Below, one piece after another: positions 35,972 to 44,990 of a DNA stretch of 64,000 bases (position 1 is the first letter of the stretch; each line of letters opens with the position of its first letter). A program made the position numbers and the translations under genes. The notes below the pieces were generated by a model, which was given only the letters and a program-made list of their open reading frames with translations, searched no databases and was not told the origin of the DNA. Source of the stretch: Planctomycetota bacterium (GTDB lineage: Bacteria > Planctomycetota > PLA2 > JAEUHO01); contig JAJDEN010000028.1 in NCBI GenBank assembly GCA_029259775.1, forward strand, positions 1,204 through 65,203, in the 5' to 3' direction.

Positions 35972-37270
35972 TCAGTTGGACGACGACTTCCGCATCTTGA
36001 CCAAGAGCTTCGCGGCATCAGCGCGCATCTTCGCCTGGTCCAGCGAGAGCAGGTGCTCCGCGGCGGCCGCCGACCAGTCCGCGCCGTCGCCGATCGCCTT
36101 CAGGAACTTCTTGTAGGCCTTGCGGTATCTCGCCGCGCCCGCGTGGAAGAGGGCCATGTAGAGCGCCTGCCGCTTCCGGTGCATGGTCGCGTCCATGTCC
36201 TCCGTCGGCCTCTCGACCGAGAAGTCGGCAGCGGGCTCGGCGTCTTGGTCGATCAGCCAGGATGTGGCGGCGGGCAACGGAGCTCCCTTGCCGCCTTCGA
36301 CGTACTGAAGGAGCGTCTCCCCGCTGTACATCCAGCCCGGGTTGGCCGAGCCGTAGCGACGCCACAGGAAGAGACCCCAGACCGAACTCCGAAGGTCGGC
36401 GTCCGCCGTCGTGTCGCCGACCTTGATGGGGGTCGCGAAGACGCGTCGCTCGTAGATCTGGACCCCGTGTCCCGAGCGATCCGAGCCCGTGTAGGTCGTC
36501 CCGAACGTGGCGGCCATGGACCTCCGCGGATGGAAGATGAACGCCATCTCGGCCAGTTGTTCCTTGGGGAACTTGCCGTGGACCTTCCGGAACCGCTTTT
36601 CGAGCTTGGCGACGTAGGCCCGGTAGTCCTTGACGTCCTTGTTCTTCGCGAGGGGGTGCACGTACCAGACGAACCCATCGCGCTCGCTGCGCTCGTAGCC
36701 CTCCGGCCTCGCCGGATACGGGCCGAGCGTCGTGGTGACGGTTTCGACGGCCGCGAAGTCGTCGTCCTTGAGCTGGTCGAAGAGGCGCGCCGGGCATGCC
36801 AAAACGAGCGTGAATCCCCGGCCCTCGAGATAGCGAAAGGTGTGCAGCCGGATCCAGTCCTCTTCGTCGCGGGTCATGTCCAGCCGCAGGTGCGGCCGCG
36901 GCGTGCGGATCACCGTGGCGTCGTCCGCCTTCCACTGCTTCCAGAGCGTCGGCTGCTCATGGAATGCCTGCTGGATCGGCTCGGCCATGCCCTTCAGGTG
37001 CGACAACTCGATCGTGAACTGTCCTGCACCCTCCGGCAGCGTCACCTCGAGCTCCACGATGAGTTGCTCACCGAGGTTCGTCGTGATGTGCTTGCCCGCC
37101 CACGTCGCGGGGAGCTGGAACGTGGCCTGCTTCTTGGCGTCGGACCAACGCTTGGTCTTCTTCGCCGGCGGCTCGGCCCCTTTCTTGGCGGGCTCGTCCG
37201 CGAAGGTCGGCGCGCCAGCGATCAGGAGCGCCAGCAGGCAGGTCAGGGCTAGCCCTCGTCGCACGATCAC
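35972..37270 (-). CDS. Hypothetical secreted protein
   Basis: GTG at 37268-37270 inside ORF 35972..37915, overlapping the upstream stop (GTGA). It has a signal peptide (V)IVRRGLALTCLLALLIAGAPTFA, and its Lys/Tyr/Phe/Trp-rich composition is unlike GC-shadow ORFs. Confidence 0.7.
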   Translation of the reverse strand: MIVRRGLALTCLLALLIAGAPTFADEPAKKGAEPPAKKTKRWSDAKKQATFQLPATWAGKHITTNLGEQLIVELEVTLPEGAGQFTIELSHLKGMAEPIQQAFHEQPTLWKQWKADDATVIRTPRPHLRLDMTRDEEDWIRLHTFRYLEGRGFTLVLACPARLFDQLKDDDFAAVETVTTTLGPYPARPEGYERSERDGFVWYVHPLAKNKDVKDYRAYVAKLEKRFRKVHGKFPKEQLAEMAFIFHPRRSMAATFGTTYTGSDRSGHGVQIYERRVFATPIKVGDTTADADLRSSVWGLFLWRRYGSANPGWMYSGETLLQYVEGGKGAPLPAATSWLIDQDAEPAADFSVERPTEDMDATMHRKRQALYMALFHAGAARYRKAYKKFLKAIGDGADWSAAAAEHLLSLDQAKMRADAAKLLVKMRKSSSN

Positions 37271-38019
37271 GTCCTCTCCGCGGCGCTGAAGTCTACGTCG
37301 TCCTTCGGGCAGCCGCAGCAGTGCATGAGGATGCCCACCAGCATCGCGAGTCCGCTGCCGAGCATGGCCAGGATGCGTAGCAGGCGGCGGGCGGCCAGCC
37401 GTCCGTGGTCGCTCTTGTAGGCAAGGAAGTCCGCGTCCACCAGGACCTCGGCGCGCTCGCCGAGCAGGCCGGCGGGGATGCGCTCGATGGCTAGACGCAG
37501 CTCGTGCGGCCCAGCGACGTCCGACTTGAAGTGGCCTAGGTGGATGTGACATGCCTCCGTGCTGTAGCCGTGGTCCCAGCGCACCACATGGGGGCCACCT
37601 CCCTGGGCCAGGAGCTCGGGCCCTCGCCAGAGCTCCCAGGCGATGCTGATGTCGGCTCGCGGCTTCGACCATCTGCCGCGCTTCATGTGCGGAGCCCAGC
37701 GTTCCCTGGGCTTGCCCGGGTCGGGCACGATGTCGATGGCGTACCCGTTCGCCGTGATGGGCTCGATCTCGAAGGCCAGCGTGGTGCGTCCGCCCTTCGT
37801 GAGTTCGATCGGCTCCCGCAGATGCATGACGCCGCGAACCGTCGGCTCGGGGACGAAGGCAGGCAACGCGATGGCGCCGATCAGCGTCAACAGGCCCACA
37901 CCCAGACAGATCCACTTGTGCTGCCGTCCACCGAAGCCCCCCGGGCTGAACACGGCCAAGATGGCCGCGGCGATCGTTGGGCCCGCCACGAGAAGGCCCA
38001 GGAAGAGGAGTTCAGTCAC
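37267..38019 (-). CDS. Hypothetical polytopic membrane protein with a C-terminal 'HCCGCP' cysteine cluster
   Basis: ORF 37267..38019. It has two N-terminal TM helices, a ~150-aa loop domain and a C-terminal TM helix followed by MHCCGCPKDD. Confidence 0.62.
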   Translation of the reverse strand: MTELLFLGLLVAGPTIAAAILAVFSPGGFGGRQHKWICLGVGLLTLIGAIALPAFVPEPTVRGVMHLREPIELTKGGRTTLAFEIEPITANGYAIDIVPDPGKPRERWAPHMKRGRWSKPRADISIAWELWRGPELLAQGGGPHVVRWDHGYSTEACHIHLGHFKSDVAGPHELRLAIERIPAGLLGERAEVLVDADFLAYKSDHGRLAARRLLRILAMLGSGLAMLVGILMHCCGCPKDDVDFSAAERT

Positions 38020-38164
38020 ACACCCATGCTCTCACGGAGCGCATTTGCTGCGGAAATCGAGGCGGCCGGATCCTCTTAAGTCCCCTGCAAGATTCTCCTC
38101 CTACACCTAGGCCCATCAACGGGAGGGTGCCGTCAGGTACGCTTCCCCGGTAGGAGCCTTCCCC

Positions 38165-38677
38165 ATGCAGTCACGCCGTTTCCCCGGCCTCTTCCTCGCC
38201 GCGATCGCCCTCGGCATCTTCGCCTTCGGTGGTCTCGCTGCCTTCGATACCGACTTCGATCTCTCCGACGCGTCCGCGCGTGGGGGTGGTCGCGCCGGCG
38301 GCGACCGACCGCCGCCGCCGAAGAAGGGACCGCCGCCGCCGAAGCCCAAGAAGGGCGACGCTGCCGGTGGTGACAAGCCGCCGCGTCCCGACAAGGACGG
38401 TGACAAGCCGCCGAAGAAGAAGGACGAGAAGAAGAAGAAGCGCAAGAAGGACAAGAAGAAGAAGGACGAGCGCGACGGCGCGTGCGATGGCGAGATGGAA
38501 AAGGACGGCAAGAAGGCCCGCGGCGATCTCGAAGAGAAGGTCGGCAAGGAAGAGCGCAAGAAGGAGAAGAAGGGCAAGGAGGGCGACTGCCCGCCGCCCC
38601 CGCCTCCTCCGCCCCCGCCCGCCGATGCCCCTACGCCCCCGCCCCCGGCGGATGAGCCCGACGCCGGCGGCAACTAG
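38165..38677 (+). CDS. Low-complexity Lys/Glu/Asp/Pro-rich protein with an N-terminal signal/anchor and a Pro10 run
   Basis: ORF 38165..38677. It has a hydrophobic N-terminus (FPGLFLAAIALGIFAFGGLAA), AAG-rich K-blocks that are highly atypical for a ~70% GC genome, and CPPPPPPPPPPA at 38588-38623. Confidence 0.55.
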   Translation: MQSRRFPGLFLAAIALGIFAFGGLAAFDTDFDLSDASARGGGRAGGDRPPPPKKGPPPPKPKKGDAAGGDKPPRPDKDGDKPPKKKDEKKKKRKKDKKKKDERDGACDGEMEKDGKKARGDLEEKVGKEERKKEKKGKEGDCPPPPPPPPPPADAPTPPPPADEPDAGGN

Positions 38678-38690
38678 GGCCCGGCTTCCG

Positions 38691-40121
38691 ATGCAACGTC
38701 TGCTGATCACCGCGCTGGTCCTCCTCCTGTCGGGCCACGCGGCGATCGGCGATGAAGCCAAGCCTGGCGCCCCCAAGCCCGGCTCCCCGGAGGCCCTGGA
38801 GGCTGTCTGGCTCGAGAAGCCCGGCGACATCGCGCGGGGCCTTCGTCTCCAAGACGCCCTCGCTGAGGCCGGCCGGCAACGGTCCGGCCTCAAGCTCTTT
38901 CGTACGCAGCATGCGAAGGCCAAGGACGATCCTCGTCTGAGCTTCTTGCACGGTCGAGCACGCGGCGACGCCGCCGGCTTGGTCATGATGCGCGAGGCTT
39001 GGACGCGCCGCCTCGGCAACGCCATCGGCGACACGTCCGGCCTGCTCGAGGCCTCCATCGCGCTGGCGGTCGCCGAGGTCGAAGCCCGCAACGGTGAGGG
39101 CGCCGCGGCTGCGGCGCGCATGATCACCGACATGCGCGGCGGTGCGGCCGACTGGACCTACCTCGGCTGGATCCGCCAGTACCTCCTGCGCACGCCGGAA
39201 TCGGCCATCGACGCCTACGCCAAGGCGCTGCGCAAGGACGCCAAGCACCAGCGCGCCCGCAACGCGTTGATCGGCTTGCGCCTCGAGCGTGGCGAGGTCG
39301 AGCCCGCGCATGCGCTTGCGAAGACCGGTGTGCAGCTTCACCCCGCGAGTTCCTCCGCGCATCTCCAGCTTGGTGAGGTGTTCCTGGCCAAGAAGCTGCG
39401 CGCCCAGGCGCTGGCGTCCTACGCGCAGGCTGCCAAGACGGCGGGGACCGATGCGGATGCGCTGGCCGCCGTCGGTGCGGCCTACGCCGATCTCGACGAG
39501 ATCGTGCACGCGCAGCTGGCGCTGAAGCGGGCGTTGGCGGCAGATCCTGGGCACGGCGGCGCGCTTACGCAGTCGGCGATGCTGGCCATGGACGCGGGCA
39601 AGCACAAGAAGGCTCGCGACCTGCTCAAGCGGGCCGCGAAGGCGCGACCGCGGCATGCGCGCGTGGCGTTCCTCGAGGGCATGTGCGCCCAGCGGCTCGG
39701 CATGCACTCATCCGCAGTGTCGTCCTTCCGTCGGGCGATGGAGCTCGAGCCTTCGAACGTGGACTACGTGAAGGCGCTGGCCTTCGCGCACGTCGAAAAG
39801 GGCTCGCTGCCCTCGGCGATCATGATGTTCAAGCGCGCCATCAAGATGGACGCCAAGGATGCGGACCTCCGCATGCAGCTCGGCATCGCGCTCTACAAGA
39901 AGCGCTCCTACAAGCCGGCCCGCGACGCCTTCCAGGATGCCGCGGTGCGGGATCCCCACAACCCGCGTCCGCACTACTACCTCGCCCTCATCCAGGGCGA
40001 CAAGCTCGGCAAGTCCAAGGAGGCGCTCGCTGCCTTGGAGCGCTATGCGGCGCTGGGCGGCAAGGACGCCGCCGCCTTGTCCTGGCTCGAGGACCTCCGG
40101 GCCCAGCTCGGGACGAAGTAG
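38691..40121 (+). CDS. Secreted TPR-repeat protein
   Basis: ATG at 38691 in ORF 38229..40121. It has a signal peptide MQRLLITALVLLLSGHAAIG and several 34-aa TPR-like units (for example 'SAVSSFRRAMELEPSNVDYVKALAFAHVEKG'). Confidence 0.8.
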   Translation: MQRLLITALVLLLSGHAAIGDEAKPGAPKPGSPEALEAVWLEKPGDIARGLRLQDALAEAGRQRSGLKLFRTQHAKAKDDPRLSFLHGRARGDAAGLVMMREAWTRRLGNAIGDTSGLLEASIALAVAEVEARNGEGAAAAARMITDMRGGAADWTYLGWIRQYLLRTPESAIDAYAKALRKDAKHQRARNALIGLRLERGEVEPAHALAKTGVQLHPASSSAHLQLGEVFLAKKLRAQALASYAQAAKTAGTDADALAAVGAAYADLDEIVHAQLALKRALAADPGHGGALTQSAMLAMDAGKHKKARDLLKRAAKARPRHARVAFLEGMCAQRLGMHSSAVSSFRRAMELEPSNVDYVKALAFAHVEKGSLPSAIMMFKRAIKMDAKDADLRMQLGIALYKKRSYKPARDAFQDAAVRDPHNPRPHYYLALIQGDKLGKSKEALAALERYAALGGKDAAALSWLEDLRAQLGTK

Positions 40122-40246
40122 GCTGATCTGAGCGCCTGCGGTTGAGCTGGGACCGCGCGAAAATGGGCTGCCCCGGGGCACCAGCGGGTATCATCCCGCG
40201 CCGCAGCGGGCCCTTGGGCTCGCCGCAGAGGCCCATGCACAAGCGT

Positions 40247-40331
40247 GGCTGGATACCCAAGCGGTCAACGGGGGCAGACTGTAAATCTGCTGGCTTTGCC
40301 TTCGCTGGTTCGAACCCAGCTCCAGCCACCA
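40247..40331 (+). tRNA. tRNA-Tyr (anticodon GTA), long variable arm, CCA encoded
   Basis: GGCTGGATACCCAAGCGGTCAACGGGGGCAGACTGTAAATCTGC...GGTTCGAACCCAGCTCCAGCCACCA. The acceptor is ggctgga/tccagcc. Confidence 0.92.
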
Positions 40332-40380
40332 TCCTCTGCTGCCCGAGCTGCCGGAGGCAGCTTCGGACAGCAGAGGATGG
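40329..40380 (+). other. 52-nt near-perfect hairpin starting in the CCA end of tRNA-Tyr (terminator or processing signal)
   Basis: ccatcctctgctg (40329-40341) pairs perfectly with cagcagaggatgg (40368-40380). The inner stem ccgagctgcc / ggcagcttcgg has one bulge. Confidence 0.6.
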
Positions 40381-40382
40381 CA

Positions 40383-40596
40383 CCACCGCGACGATCGAGC
40401 GCCAGGTGCGCTCTCGCCACCCCACGCAGCCAAGGGCTGCGTCGGGACCCACCGCGACGATCGAGTGCCAGATGCGCTCTCGCCGGCTCGAGCGCGTAGC
40501 GTCACGCCATCCCCTCCGCGTGGCGCCGCCTGCAACGCCCGGTCCCAGCGCGCGGCGCGACCGCGAGATGCGCCTTCGCTGGCTCAGGCGCGTAGC
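40383..40596 (+). repeat. Degenerate direct repeats containing small hairpins (3 copies)
   Basis: ccaccgcgacgatcgagCgccagGtgcgctctcgcc (40383-40418) matches 40449-40484 at 34 of 36 positions. The extension agatgcgctctcgccggctcgagcgcgtagc recurs at 40566-40596 (about 27 of 31). Confidence 0.7.
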
Positions 40597-40865
40597 CGTG
40601 CGCCCCACCTTCCGCGCGGGCCGTTCGTGGGCGGCCAACCGCTCCTGCTCCGCAGTCGCTCAGGCCGCCCCTACGGCTGGCCGGCGAGAGGACGCAGGCT
40701 CCAGATGCGGCGGGCGGATACATGATCCGCCCCTACGGCCGCCGGGTGTGGATCGAGATCGAGGAGGACGGCCACGCCGCGAAGCGAACGAGCACCCGTC
40801 GCCCTCGGCCTTCTCTGCGCCTCTGCGGTTCCACTTCTGGACGCGCCGCCGGTAGGCTGCGCGCC

Positions 40866-41843
40866 ATGCGACGACTCGTGCTGCTCCTGCTGTGTGCGCT
40901 CCTCCCCGCTTGCGGTGGCAACGACGACGCCCTGCACATCTACACGTCAATCTACCCCCAGGTCATCCGGCAGATGGAGGCGCCGCTCGCCAAGCAGTTC
41001 CCCGGCGTCGAGTTCGCGTGGCACCAGATGGGCAGCGAGCAGATCGCCGCCAAGCTCAGCACCGAGATCGACGCCGGAGCGACGCGCTGCGATCTGCTCA
41101 TGACGTCCGATCCCTTCTACTACGCACAACTCGCCGCGGCCGGGCACCTCCTGCCCTACGACAGCCCGGCGGTCGCCACCGTGCCCGCGAGCCTCAAGGA
41201 TCCCGCGCACCACCACGCCACCGTGCGCGTGCCGCTGATGGTGATCGCCGTCAACCACGAACGCCTCGCCGCGGACCAGCATCCGCGCTCGTTCCAAGAC
41301 CTCACCGACAAGCGCTTCGCCGGCAAGCTCTCCATGGGCGATCCGCTCAAGTCCGGCACGACGTTCACGACCGTCGCCGCGCTCGTCAGGAAGTACGGCT
41401 GGCCGTACATCGAGGCGCTGCGCAAGAACGACGTGCTCTCGGCAGGCGGCAACAGCGCGACGCTGAACCGGCTCGAGACCGGCGAACGGCCCGTCGCCAT
41501 CATCCTGCTCGAGAACCTGCTACCAAGTCTGAAGCGCGACGCACCGATCACGATCATCTACCCGTCGGACGGCGCGATCCCCATCCCGAGCCCCGTCGCG
41601 ATCCTGAAGAGCACGACCAAGCCCGTTCTCGCGAAGAAGGTCTACGACTTCCTCTACTCCAAGGCGATGCAGGACGCCGTCGTGTCCGGCTACATGTACT
41701 CGCCGCTGCCCGCCCACGCAGCCCCCGAGGGCGCGCGGCCGTGGAAGGACCTCGTCCTTCACACCTGGGACGCGGCGGCCCTCACGTGGGTCGAGAAGGA
41801 GCGGGACGCCATCAAGAAGCGCTTCCGCTCCACCATGCGGTAG
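40866..41843 (+). CDS. ABC transporter substrate-binding lipoprotein (Fe3+/AfuA-FbpA-like family)
   Basis: ATG at 40866 in ORF 40722..41843. It has a lipobox 'LLPAC' and the family pattern 'LHIYTS...DLLMTSDP...LLPYDSP'. Confidence 0.82.
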   Translation: MRRLVLLLLCALLPACGGNDDALHIYTSIYPQVIRQMEAPLAKQFPGVEFAWHQMGSEQIAAKLSTEIDAGATRCDLLMTSDPFYYAQLAAAGHLLPYDSPAVATVPASLKDPAHHHATVRVPLMVIAVNHERLAADQHPRSFQDLTDKRFAGKLSMGDPLKSGTTFTTVAALVRKYGWPYIEALRKNDVLSAGGNSATLNRLETGERPVAIILLENLLPSLKRDAPITIIYPSDGAIPIPSPVAILKSTTKPVLAKKVYDFLYSKAMQDAVVSGYMYSPLPAHAAPEGARPWKDLVLHTWDAAALTWVEKERDAIKKRFRSTMR

Positions 41844-41855
41844 GTCGGGCGCGAC

Positions 41856-43454
41856 GTGCGAGGGCAGGCACGCGGTCGGTTCGCACTTGCCTTGGGTGCC
41901 GTGCTGCTGCTCGGCATCCTGCCGCTGATCCTGGTGGCCCTCAAGGCCGCCGGCGCAGGCGGCGTCTTCCTCGAGACCGTGACCGCGCCCGAGGCGTGGG
42001 ATGCGACGCTCGCCACCCTGCAACTGTCCGTCGGGACGACCCTACTCGCGGTGGGGCTCGGGACGTCGCTGGCGTGGCTCACGACGCGCACCGACCTGCC
42101 GTGGAAGGGCTTCTTCCGCGGCACGCTGACCATCCCCTACATCATCCCGCCCTACATCGCCGCCGTCGCGTGGATCACGCTGGCCAACCCCTCGGTCGGC
42201 CTGCTGAACCAACTGCTTGGTGAGGGCGCGCTGAACATCTACTCGATGACCGGACTCACGTGGGTGCTCGCGCTCAGCTTCTATCCGTACGTGTTCCTCA
42301 CCGTGCGAGCCGCACTCGAGAGTGCGGACCCGTCGCTGGAGGACGCCGCACGCATGAGCGGCGCCGGCACCTGGCGCGTGCTCAAGGACGTGTCACTGCC
42401 GCTGATGCGGCCCGCCATGATCGCCAGCGGCGGCCTCGTGTTCATGGCAACGGCCTCCGCGTTCGGCGCGCCCATGCTGATCGGCAACTCGGCCCGCTTG
42501 CACTTCCTCTCCACCAACATCTACGACGCGGCGGCGAGCGGACTCGGCGGCATGGCCCAGGCAAGCAGCCTCGCGTGCCTGCTGTTCATCTTCGCGCTGG
42601 TGCCCATGCTCCTGCGGGCCCGGCACTACGCGGTGCTCACCGGGAAGGCGTCGCGTCCGACGTTGGTTCGGCTGGGCCGCGCACGGAGGTGGGTGCTGGG
42701 AGCCGTGACCTCGTTCGTTGCCATCGGGATCCTGCTGCCGGCGTTGGCCGTGGCTGTGACGTCGTTCTTGCGCACGGCGGGTGATCTCCGGCCCGGCAAC
42801 TTCACGCTCGACAACTTCGGGGCGCTGCGCGAAGCGGCAAACGGCCGCGCGATCCTCAACTCGTTCGGCCTCGCGGCCGTCGCTGCGACGGCCGCGGTGG
42901 TCCTGGGCGGATTGATCGCGTGGGTCCAGGTGAAGACGCGCACGCGCGGGCGCACGTGGCTCTCCGGCTTGGCCGCGCTGCCGCTGGCCACGCCCGGAAC
43001 AGTCCTGGCGCTCGGGTTGATCCTCGCCTGGACCACGCCGCTCCGGCTCACCGGCACGCTGGCGATCCTGCTGGTGGCCTACGTGGCGAAGTACGTGGCG
43101 CTGGCCGCACGCTCGATCGGCGAAGGCCTCGGCACGGTAGACGACGCCCTGCCCGAGGCGGCCCGGGTCAGCGGGGCGAAGGGGGTGTTCCTGCTGAGGA
43201 CCATCTGGGTGCCCCTCGTGCTGCCGTCGGTCGTCGCAGGGTGGTTCCTCGTCTTCATGCCCGCGTTCAGCGAGCTGACGATGTCCGTGCTCCTGGCGGA
43301 TACCGGGACCGAGACGATCGGCACCCAGCTCTATAAGCTGCGCGACTATGGCAGTCCAACGGCAGCGTCCGTGCTCGCGACGGTCGTGCTGGCGCTCGTC
43401 ATCGGAAGCAACCTCTTGCTGCGCCGCTTGTCCGGGGGACGCTACGGTGTGTGA
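41856..43454 (+). CDS. ABC transporter permease, duplicated (two-module) iron-type
   Basis: ORF 41856..43454 (GTG start, 532 aa). It has about 12 TM segments and two EAA-like loops ('EDAARMSGAGTWRV', 'PEAARVSGAKGVF'). Confidence 0.9.
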   Translation: MRGQARGRFALALGAVLLLGILPLILVALKAAGAGGVFLETVTAPEAWDATLATLQLSVGTTLLAVGLGTSLAWLTTRTDLPWKGFFRGTLTIPYIIPPYIAAVAWITLANPSVGLLNQLLGEGALNIYSMTGLTWVLALSFYPYVFLTVRAALESADPSLEDAARMSGAGTWRVLKDVSLPLMRPAMIASGGLVFMATASAFGAPMLIGNSARLHFLSTNIYDAAASGLGGMAQASSLACLLFIFALVPMLLRARHYAVLTGKASRPTLVRLGRARRWVLGAVTSFVAIGILLPALAVAVTSFLRTAGDLRPGNFTLDNFGALREAANGRAILNSFGLAAVAATAAVVLGGLIAWVQVKTRTRGRTWLSGLAALPLATPGTVLALGLILAWTTPLRLTGTLAILLVAYVAKYVALAARSIGEGLGTVDDALPEAARVSGAKGVFLLRTIWVPLVLPSVVAGWFLVFMPAFSELTMSVLLADTGTETIGTQLYKLRDYGSPTAASVLATVVLALVIGSNLLLRRLSGGRYGV

Positions 43455-43463
43455 GGAACGAGC

Positions 43464-44189
43464 ATGAACGGTGTCACCTGCCAGGGCCTGACCAAGTCCT
43501 TCGACGACAACCTCGTCCTGAAGGGCTTTGATCTCGAGATTGCCCGCGGCGAGTTCGTGTCGCTCCTAGGGGCCTCGGGCTGCGGCAAGACCACCGTGCT
43601 CCGGCTCGTCGCGGGGCTCGAGGAGCCCGACGCCGGCCGTGTCACGGTGGGGGAGCGCGTGGTCGTCGATGTATCCGAACGCGTCTTCGTGCCGCCGGAG
43701 GCCCGCCGCATCGGCATGGTCTTCCAGTCTTATGCGGTCTGGCCGCACATGACCGTGCTCGAGAACGCCGCCTACCCGCTGCGCGTGCGCGGGATGGCCG
43801 CCAAGGAGCGCGACGAAGCGACGCGCAGGATCCTCGATCTGGTCGGTCTCGCTGGTCTGGAGGCACGCAAGCCGTCGCAACTCTCTGGGGGCCAGCAGCA
43901 GCGGGTCGCCCTCGCGCGGGGCCTCGTGATGCAGCCCGACGTGCTCTTGCTCGACGAGCCGCTCTCCAACCTCGACGCGAAGCTGCGCGTGCGCATGCGC
44001 CGGGACATCCGTCGGATCCAGGAGCAGACGGGCTTCACGGTGCTCTACGTCACCCATGACCAGGAGGAGGCGCTCGAGATCTCCGACCGCCTCGTCATCA
44101 TGGAGGCGGGCGAGGTGCTCGCGCTCGGCACGCCGGATGAGGTCAGGGACCACGCCTTCATGGCACCCGAAGAGGACGCGCACGCATGA
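43464..44189 (+). CDS. ABC transporter ATP-binding protein (no C-terminal regulatory domain)
   Basis: ORF 43464..44189. It has Walker A 'GASGCGKTT', signature 'LSGGQQQR' and Walker B 'LLLDEP'. Confidence 0.93.
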   Translation: MNGVTCQGLTKSFDDNLVLKGFDLEIARGEFVSLLGASGCGKTTVLRLVAGLEEPDAGRVTVGERVVVDVSERVFVPPEARRIGMVFQSYAVWPHMTVLENAAYPLRVRGMAAKERDEATRRILDLVGLAGLEARKPSQLSGGQQQRVALARGLVMQPDVLLLDEPLSNLDAKLRVRMRRDIRRIQEQTGFTVLYVTHDQEEALEISDRLVIMEAGEVLALGTPDEVRDHAFMAPEEDAHA

Positions 44190-44965
44190 AGGCTTTCCTG
44201 CTCGACATCGATGGGACCACGCTGCTGGGCCCGGACGCCCTGCCCGGCGCGATCGACTTCGTGACGTGGCTGCGCGCCGAAGGCATCCCGCACCTCTGGC
44301 TGACCAACAACACGTCGATGTCGCGTGGTGCGTGGCTGGCGCGGCTCGCCGCCGCGGGCCTGGATCCGCGGCCCGAGGAGATCTACACCGCGGGCGACGC
44401 CACGATCGACCATCTGACCGCACTCGATCCCGCGCCGCGTGTCCACCTCGTGGGGACCGAGGACCTGCGACGCGACTTCGAGCGTGCCGGCATCGCCCTC
44501 GCCGAGGACGACGCCGATATGCTCGTACTCGGCTACGACACCGAGCTCACCTACGACAAGATCCGCCGCGCCGCGCTGCCGCTGCAAGACGGCGTGACGT
44601 TCCTCGCGACGCACCCGGACGCAACCTGCCCGACGCCCGCGGGACCCATTCCCGATGTCGGCTCGTTCCTCGCGATGTTCGAGACAGCCTGCGGGCGCAC
44701 GGCAACGGTCATCGGCAAGCCCGAGGCGACGATGGCTGCCGGGGCCCTGGGGCGCCTCGGCGCCTCCGCGGCGGAAGCGTGCATGGTGGGGGACCGGCTC
44801 GCGACCGACATCCGCATGGCCAACCGCGCAGGCCTCGCGTCGTGTCTGGTCCTGACCGGCGTGACGACACGGGAGGCGCTGGCCACGTCCGAGGACGAGC
44901 CCACGCATGTCTTCGATGGGCTCGAGGATGTGCACGCCTGGGCGCGCGAGGTTGCCTCGGCCTGA
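44186..44965 (+). CDS. HAD-IIA family hydrolase (NagD-like)
   Basis: ORF 44186..44965. Its start overlaps the previous stop (ATGA). It has 'LLDIDGT', 'LTNNTS' and 'MVGDRLATDI'. Confidence 0.85.
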   Translation: MKAFLLDIDGTTLLGPDALPGAIDFVTWLRAEGIPHLWLTNNTSMSRGAWLARLAAAGLDPRPEEIYTAGDATIDHLTALDPAPRVHLVGTEDLRRDFERAGIALAEDDADMLVLGYDTELTYDKIRRAALPLQDGVTFLATHPDATCPTPAGPIPDVGSFLAMFETACGRTATVIGKPEATMAAGALGRLGASAAEACMVGDRLATDIRMANRAGLASCLVLTGVTTREALATSEDEPTHVFDGLEDVHAWAREVASA

Positions 44966-44990
44966 CCCGCTCGCTGCGCGTCCCCCGCCG

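Noticed and set aside
38413-38470. A purine-rich tract as an H-DNA or triplex-forming element.
   Set aside because: The tract is interrupted by frequent C residues (gac, cgc and caag codons). It is simply the Lys/Asp/Glu-rich coding sequence of the low-complexity ORF.
40600-40865. A riboswitch (TPP, cobalamin or other) upstream of the ABC transporter operon.
   Set aside because: I could not find the conserved cores (for example the CUGAGA / ACCUGAUCUGGAUAAUGCCAGCG-type TPP elements). Only local direct repeats are present.
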